32,000 nt of DNA from positions 30,001-62,000 of the forward strand of contig JAUWGH010000001.1 in the NCBI GenBank assembly GCA_030606485.1, written 5' to 3'. Source of the stretch: Promethearchaeota archaeon. Its GTDB lineage: Archaea > Asgardarchaeota > Lokiarchaeia > Sigyniarchaeales > SOKP01. Of this stretch, positions 26,618 through 32,000 are shown piece after piece. The notes beneath the pieces are model-generated. The model saw only the letters and a program-made list of their open reading frames with translations, did no database searches and was not told the DNA's origin. Numbering within the stretch: position 1 is the first letter of the stretch; each line of letters opens with the position of its first letter. Both the position numbers and the translations under genes were made by a program.

Positions 26618-27997
26618 ATGGCTTTAGAACTAGGGAATATATTAAAGCGGGGTATTATAGCTGGAAGGGTTAATGAAAACTTACCTCCAGAGATGTCAAC
26701 TATCCTTGGATGTCTTCATGGATCTACTTTAAAGCCAAATGATATACTCGTTATGGCTAGAGATTATCATAAAGATTCTCGTATGTTAAAAAGAGCTTAC
26801 GCTGCTGGTATTTTATCGACAGGTGTAGATATCTTAAATTTACATGATTCAACCTTTCCGCTTTTACAATTTTCAATAAGAAGATTTGGAGCAAGTGGGG
26901 GTGCTTATTTTTCTACTGGCCATCTCTATAATAATGATGTAGAGATTACATTTTTAGATGCCGGTGGTTTTATTTATACATCATCTCAATTAGAAGAATT
27001 AGTTCGAACATCTAGAAAGTTTCCTAAAAATGTAAGAAGAGCAGAACCAATAAATATAGGAAAAATATCGAGTATCCCACATACAGTAGATATTTATATG
27101 AAAGCGCTCCCTCAGTTTGTAAATAAAGCTAAAATTTCTGATGCTAACTTAAAAATTGTTGTTGATTGTTCCTTTGGCCCCACTGGCCTAATAGCACCAA
27201 ATTTACTCAGTAGTTTGGATGTAAATATAATTGCCTTGAATACATTCCACCAAGAAAAAAAAGTAAAAGCATCAGTTCCTAATATTAAAACAATCAGGAG
27301 TTGTGCCGATATTGTCCGTGCCAGTCATAGTGATTTGGGGATTTGTTTTAGCAATGACGGCCAAAGATTCATCCTAGTTGATGAGAATGGAATTGAAATT
27401 GATTTTGAAGACCTTTTCATGCTTTTTATTACATACGATGATAAGATTCAAGATTCCAAACCTAATAGTGTAATTGTGTCAGAAACCTCATCAAAAGTAT
27501 TGGATGACTATGTAAAAAGTCAAGGTTTTGATCTTATAAAGAAAAAATCCAAACCAGGTCTAATTTCAAGGAGCATAAGGGAGGCTAGAGCTTGTTTTGC
27601 TGCAGCAGATTCTAATGAGTTTTATTTCCCATATTTTGGACCAATATCCGATGGTACACTTACATTAATTAAACTTTTAGATATTATGGCTTCACGTGAA
27701 AGTCTTTTAAGTGATTTAACTCGAAATTTTCCTAAAACCAATAAAATCAGTAAAAAAATTTCTGTAGATACCGAATTTATTGACGCTTTTCATAAATTCA
27801 TAACTCAAAAAATTGAAAAACACAATTTAGAATTCATCGATATTATCAATGAAGTTAAAATAATAAAAGACGATGTTAATATTACAGTAAAACTCTCGTT
27901 ATCTAGAGATGCTGTCATAATTTCAGGCGAATATGACGAAGAAAATAAAACGGCAAAGGAAAAATTAGAAGAATTAGAAAAAATTTTATTCGAATGA
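26618..27997 (+). CDS. Phosphoglucomutase/phosphomannomutase-like protein with degenerate active site
   Basis: ARDYHKDSRMLKRA, VVDCSFG and the overall length fit the alpha-D-phosphohexomutase fold. The phosphoserine loop reads STGH (canonical TASH) and the metal loop reads SNDGQR (canonical DxDxDR). Confidence 0.85.
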   Translation: MALELGNILKRGIIAGRVNENLPPEMSTILGCLHGSTLKPNDILVMARDYHKDSRMLKRAYAAGILSTGVDILNLHDSTFPLLQFSIRRFGASGGAYFSTGHLYNNDVEITFLDAGGFIYTSSQLEELVRTSRKFPKNVRRAEPINIGKISSIPHTVDIYMKALPQFVNKAKISDANLKIVVDCSFGPTGLIAPNLLSSLDVNIIALNTFHQEKKVKASVPNIKTIRSCADIVRASHSDLGICFSNDGQRFILVDENGIEIDFEDLFMLFITYDDKIQDSKPNSVIVSETSSKVLDDYVKSQGFDLIKKKSKPGLISRSIREARACFAAADSNEFYFPYFGPISDGTLTLIKLLDIMASRESLLSDLTRNFPKTNKISKKISVDTEFIDAFHKFITQKIEKHNLEFIDIINEVKIIKDDVNITVKLSLSRDAVIISGEYDEENKTAKEKLEELEKILFE

Positions 27998-28004
27998 AGA
28001 TCCC

Positions 28005-28241
28005 TTAAAATAATGTGGATTCTAATGGTGGAATTACTCCGAGTGCACTCAATATTACCCATAACACCCCAAAAATAATTGGAATTAATAATATCAAATT
28101 AACCCTTAAGATTTCATAAATATTTTTCGATTTGTATGCCTCTTTAAATCTTGGTAATATTTCTACATTATTTATTGGAAAAAATAAATAGAATTTTTCT
28201 GTTTTACCATTTCTAGATTGAAATTTAGACGAATTTAGCAA
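28005..28241 (-). CDS. Small protein with one C-terminal TM helix; start uncertain
   Basis: Hydrophobic C-terminal segment LILLIPIIFGVLWVILSALGVI; only a TTG start in frame; fills the gap between two genes. Confidence 0.45.
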   Translation of the reverse strand: MLNSSKFQSRNGKTEKFYLFFPINNVEILPRFKEAYKSKNIYEILRVNLILLIPIIFGVLWVILSALGVIPPLESTLF

Positions 28242-28441
28242 TATTTTCGCCTTTAAATTTTGATCTTTTTTTCACGAGCATATTTATCAAAAAATGGTCT
28301 TATGAAAATATATTAATAATAATTTATTTTTGAGCTTAATAAAAATTTAATACATTAAATTAAATTTAAAATAAAAAATAATTAAAAACATAAAGATTTA
28401 ATAAATTATGTAAAAATATTATAAAATAAAGTGATTTTATT

Positions 28442-29176
28442 ATGGCGCTATTTGATCTAAATTCAATAATAATTATGATAACATTAAGTATTATATTTGT
28501 AGTCTTTTTAATATTTGATATTTTTAAGCGTGGAGAGCGCTACTCACTGCTTGCATATGTTATGGCTTTACCATTAATCAATTATCTCTGGTTCAAAATC
28601 ACTGAAGGTGGTAGTTCAGCCTATGCAGAATACCAATCCTTTGGAGTATTAGGTATGTATCTTACCTTGGTCTTGCTTTGGATTGTTGCTATGATAAGAG
28701 ATGCAATTTTAGTAATAAGAAAGAGAAAGGAAATTGACGATGTTCTTTTATTTTTGCTGGTTGCTTTAATAGTTCAGTTTGTTCTCACTGCGATTCTACC
28801 ATCAAATAATTTAATACCTGATATGCAAACTGGGTGTTCCTCATATTTAGCTTTCTTTTGGTTGCCTGAATTATTTACCGCAACAGGAGACTTAAACCCA
28901 GTTATTGATCCAACCGTTGTTTTATCTTTTCGAATATGTATAACTTTTTTGGTTGTGCTAATTTGTATACCTTTGTTAAATGATATTCGCGGTGAAGAGG
29001 CAAATTTAGTTGCGGTTGTAGTTATTACTGCGATATTCATTGTACCATTTTGGATAATAAGTTATATATGGGCTCCAGAATCTACGGCGGTGCTAACCTT
29101 TTTATTCTGTGTTATACTTTTCGTGTCACTTTTACTAGTTACTAAAAGTGGTGGACAAAAAAGTTCTTCAAAATAA
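28442..29176 (+). CDS. Uncharacterised polytopic membrane protein (about 7 TM)
   Basis: 244 aa with seven long hydrophobic segments; no family motif recognised. Confidence 0.85.
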   Translation: MALFDLNSIIIMITLSIIFVVFLIFDIFKRGERYSLLAYVMALPLINYLWFKITEGGSSAYAEYQSFGVLGMYLTLVLLWIVAMIRDAILVIRKRKEIDDVLLFLLVALIVQFVLTAILPSNNLIPDMQTGCSSYLAFFWLPELFTATGDLNPVIDPTVVLSFRICITFLVVLICIPLLNDIRGEEANLVAVVVITAIFIVPFWIISYIWAPESTAVLTFLFCVILFVSLLLVTKSGGQKSSSK

Positions 29177-29190
29177 TTTTATTTTTTTTT
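29177..29190 (+). terminator. Putative oligo(T) terminator
   Basis: TTTTATTTTTTTTT immediately after the stop codon. Confidence 0.45.
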
Positions 29191-29305
29191 AAAAAATCAA
29201 TTATCTTATAAACTCCTATATTTTTATTAAAATCTAAATATATAATTTATTTAAAGAATCAAGATTTATTTTATTTTGAATAAAAAAAGGAAGGCTTCTT
29301 TTATT

Positions 29306-30559
29306 ATGAGTAATAATAATAATTCAGATTTAACCCAAATTCCCGGAATTGGAAACGCCACTGCAAAAAAGTTGATAGCTGAGGGAATTAAGACATATGA
29401 AGATTTTATTAACGCAGATCCAAAAAAAATATCAAAAATTGTAAAAAGTTCCGAGAAAAAAGTTTTGGATTGGATTTCAAATGCAAAAGAATTAATTTCA
29501 AGTCAAGATATGGTGATTTCAAGTGAGCCTAATGAAGAAATAGAAGAAACTATGGAACTTGTTATTGAAGATTCTGAAAAACCAGAAATTCAAAAAGAAA
29601 AGTCTATAGGAAAAATTGATTACGATATTTCTGATTTACCTGGTGTTGGACCTGCAACTTTAAAGAAATTAAAAGAAGCCGGTTTATTATCCGTAAGAGC
29701 AATTGCGATTACTCCAAAACAGATAATAATGGATGATTCCGGATTGGGAGATAAAACTATTGAAAAAATTATTAAATCAGCTCAGGAGTTATTGAATATT
29801 AATTTTAAATCAGCAAGTGAGGTATGGGAAGAGCGAAGATTATTAAAACGGATCTCTACAGGTAGTTCTAATTTAGATGAAGTTTTAGCGGGTGGAATCG
29901 AAACGAGAGCTTTAACTGAATTTTTTGGCGAATATAGAACAGGGAAGACTCAAATTATGCATCAATTATGTGTTAATGTGCAATTACCTGAAGAAAAAGG
30001 AGGTCTTAATGGAAAAGCTTTATATATTGATACTGAGGGGACATTTAGACCTGAAAGGATAATTCAAATGGCAGATGCTTTGGATTTAGATTATAATAAG
30101 GTTTTAAAAAATATAATTTTCGCACGGGCATACAATTCAGACCATCAAATTATGCTTGCTAAGGACGCATCTAATATAATTAAAAAGGAAAATATAAAAT
30201 TGATTATTGTGGATTCGTTAATTGGTCATTTTCGAAGTGAATACATTGGAAGAGGAACTCTTGCAGGCCGTCAGCAAACGTTGAATTCTCATTTGCATGA
30301 TCTTCTTCGATTAACCGAGATTCATGATGATCTAGCCATAGTCGTTTCGAACCAAGTTCAATCAAAACCCGATGTATTCTATGGAAATCCTCTTAGAGCA
30401 ACTGGAGGCAATATTGTTGCTCATGGTTCAACAATAAGGATTTATCTAAGAAAGGGTAAAGGCAATCAACGAGTTGCTAAAATTGTTGATGCCCCTCATT
30501 TACCAGAAGCCGAAGCAGTTTTCACCCTCTCCGAAGATGGAATTAGGGATGATATATAA
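29306..30559 (+). CDS. radA: DNA repair and recombination protein RadA with extra N-terminal HhH domain
   Basis: Canonical [16 protein letters not shown] polymerisation motif, Walker [21 protein letters not shown], Walker [18 protein letters not shown] 29306 is preferred over TTG 29276. Confidence 0.96.
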   Translation: MSNNNNSDLTQIPGIGNATAKKLIAEGIKTYEDFINADPKKISKIVKSSEKKVLDWISNAKELISSQDMVISSEPNEEIEETMELVIEDSEKPEIQKEKSIGKIDYDISDLPGVGPATLKKLKEAGLLSVRAIAITPKQIIMDDSGLGDKTIEKIIKSAQELLNINFKSASEVWEERRLLKRISTGSSNLDEVLAGGIETRALTEFFGEYRTGKTQIMHQLCVNVQLPEEKGGLNGKALYIDTEGTFRPERIIQMADALDLDYNKVLKNIIFARAYNSDHQIMLAKDASNIIKKENIKLIIVDSLIGHFRSEYIGRGTLAGRQQTLNSHLHDLLRLTEIHDDLAIVVSNQVQSKPDVFYGNPLRATGGNIVAHGSTIRIYLRKGKGNQRVAKIVDAPHLPEAEAVFTLSEDGIRDDI

Positions 30560-30735
30560 ATAAAAACTAATCTTTCCTTCTTAATCAATTTAATATAATC
30601 CTATTAAATACCAAAATAAATTAAAAAAAAGATAAGGTTCGATAACAATCGTAAAAAGAGATTTTTACTTATTATTATTTACTACTTAATTATTTATTAC
30701 TACTACTTTTTACAGATTTATATTAATTCATTAAA

Positions 30736-31014
30736 TTAATAGCGATAATTTCGTCTGCCGCCTTTATTATATGAATTGAATTGTTTAGGAGCCTTCTCTG
30801 TAACAACAACATTTGAAGCCTGCGGTCCTTTTTCACCTTGAACAACATCGAACTCAACTTTGTCATTTTCGTTTAGTGTTTTATATTCATCCCCTTCCCC
30901 AGATAATGCAGAGAAATGAACAAATACATCGTTACCGTCTTCTGAGCTTATAAATCCATAGCCTTTTCGGCTATTAAACCATTTTACTGTTCCATTTACC
31001 AATTTTAAAACCAA
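30736..31014 (-). CDS. csp: Cold-shock domain protein (CspA family) with basic/aromatic C-terminal tail
   Basis: GTVKWFN, RNP1 KGYGFI, RNP2 VFVHF, GPQASNV. TTG start at 31014 or 31002. Confidence 0.93.
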   Translation of the reverse strand: MVLKLVNGTVKWFNSRKGYGFISSEDGNDVFVHFSALSGEGDEYKTLNENDKVEFDVVQGEKGPQASNVVVTEKAPKQFNSYNKGGRRNYRY

Positions 31015-31199
31015 ATTTTTAATTATAAAAATTCTTTAATTCTAAAAGAATTAATTAAAAAAATAGTTCAAAGATAATAAATTTTAACTTTTTTGAGATT
31101 TTTTATAAATTTTTTTTAATATTTTGATTTATACAAGAGGAATCTCCAATTTAAATTAGAAGAGAATATAAAGGGATAAGAATTAAAAATAATAAGGCT

Positions 31200-31925
31200 A
31201 TGTTTGCTAATATTACTATATTAATAGATGATTTTAATGGAGTAGAACATGGTTTCATAAAATCTTATGGCTTTTCTGCTTTAATTGAAATCAATAATAA
31301 AAAAATATTATTTGACACAGGCACAAAGATCCAACCACTTTTACTTAATTTCAAAACTTTTGGGGTCACTCCCTCCTCCTTGGATGCTGTAATCTTAAGT
31401 CATAATCATTATGATCACACAGATGGCTTGCCAGGAATCTTTAAAGAAAATGAAAATATTCCCGTTTATGTTCACAGAGATTGGGATGCTCAAGAAAGCT
31501 ATAAAGGTATTACCGTTCCGAAAAAGAATCAAGTAATCGTCGAAAAGGGAAGAGAAATAAGTGAAATATCTCCGGGTCTCTTTTTAACGAATTCTTTATG
31601 GTCTTCAGATTATGGAGGAATACACGAACAGGCATTATTTATAAAAACTAATGAGAGTTATATTCTACTGTGTGGGTGCTGTCATCCAGGGTTGAGTGCA
31701 ATTTTAAAAGAAAGAACCAATTTAGGCATACAACTCGACACACCTTTACATATAATTGGTGGTATGCACGGCTTCAAATTTAGTAGTGAGGAAGCAATAC
31801 AGTTAAATCCTATGTTAAAATCAGTTATTTTGTGCCATTGCACGATGAATGCTCTAAATTTTAGAAGACAATTTGGAGATAAATGCTTGGTTGGTATCGT
31901 TGGAAAAAAATATAAGTTTTCTTGA
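31200..31925 (+). CDS. MBL-fold metallo-hydrolase (MJ0301-like subfamily)
   Basis: LFDTG, SHNHYDHTDG (HxHxDH), GCCHPG, IGGMHG, CHCT. Confidence 0.9.
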   Translation: MFANITILIDDFNGVEHGFIKSYGFSALIEINNKKILFDTGTKIQPLLLNFKTFGVTPSSLDAVILSHNHYDHTDGLPGIFKENENIPVYVHRDWDAQESYKGITVPKKNQVIVEKGREISEISPGLFLTNSLWSSDYGGIHEQALFIKTNESYILLCGCCHPGLSAILKERTNLGIQLDTPLHIIGGMHGFKFSSEEAIQLNPMLKSVILCHCTMNALNFRRQFGDKCLVGIVGKKYKFS

Positions 31926-31932
31926 AACGAGT

Positions 31933-32000
31933 TTATACTTTAACATACATTTGACAATGGCAATGACCAAGTTCTTCAGCTTCATCTAAACATTCTTCAC
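31933..32000 (-). CDS. 3' end of ferredoxin:thioredoxin reductase catalytic-subunit-like gene (partial, not in ORF track)
   Basis: Minus strand from 31998 reads EECLDEAEELGHCHCQMYVKV*, matching the C-terminal C...G-x-CHC-x-(L/M)(F/Y)V motif of FTR catalytic chains. Confidence 0.7.
   Translation of the reverse strand, partial: EECLDEAEELGHCHCQMYVKV

Noticed and set aside
22047-28062. Short antisense ORFs 22047-22292, 22392-22625, 24405-24644, 27805-28062 (and 28774-29040)
   Set aside because: Shadows of supported genes.
28442-29176. Seven-TM protein as a rhodopsin
   Set aside because: No retinal-binding Lys or DxxxK-type motif within the last helix.
29306-30559. Extra length of RadA as an intein
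   Set aside because: The insertion is N-terminal, HhH-like, and lacks intein Cys/His-Asn splice motifs; the ATPase core is uninterrupted.
1-32000. CRISPR array, tRNA/rRNA, transposase or integrase
   Set aside because: No regularly spaced repeats, no GC-rich structured RNA-like segment and no transposase motifs seen by eye; a covariance-model scan would be needed to exclude small ncRNAs.

Overview
AT-rich archaeal chromosomal window, most consistent with an Asgard archaeon (Lokiarchaeia-like). The evidence is archaeal RadA, an archaeal-type CODH alpha subunit, two small GTPases fused to longin-like or roadblock-like domains, V4R proteins and a vWA-RING protein. About 27 genes fall into four blocks. 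(1) 1-10 kb, eukaryote-like and signalling genes: a 5'-truncated protein with Trp-anchored helical repeats and a Zn ribbon, a longin-Arf-like GTPase, a V4R protein, an orphan cdhA, Mrp/ApbC, a claudin-like tetraspan protein, an HhH-Rag-like-roadblock GTPase, and a vWA protein with two C4HC3 RING-like fingers. (2) 10-14 kb: Nudix hydrolase, two divergent regulators, MFS transporter. (3) 14-28 kb, an alpha-glucan cluster: maltokinase, GH57 amylase/glucanotransferase, GalT-like enzyme, NDP-sugar pyrophosphorylase, GH57 branching enzyme and a degenerate PGM-like protein. A rifampin-phosphotransferase-type dikinase plus a DUF7064/7065-like gene sits inside it. (4) 28-32 kb: membrane proteins, RadA with an extra N-terminal HhH domain, a cold-shock protein, an MBL hydrolase and the 3' end of a ferredoxin:thioredoxin reductase-like gene. 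No rRNA, tRNA, CRISPR array or transposase was seen. All family calls come from reading motifs by eye; no database search was run.
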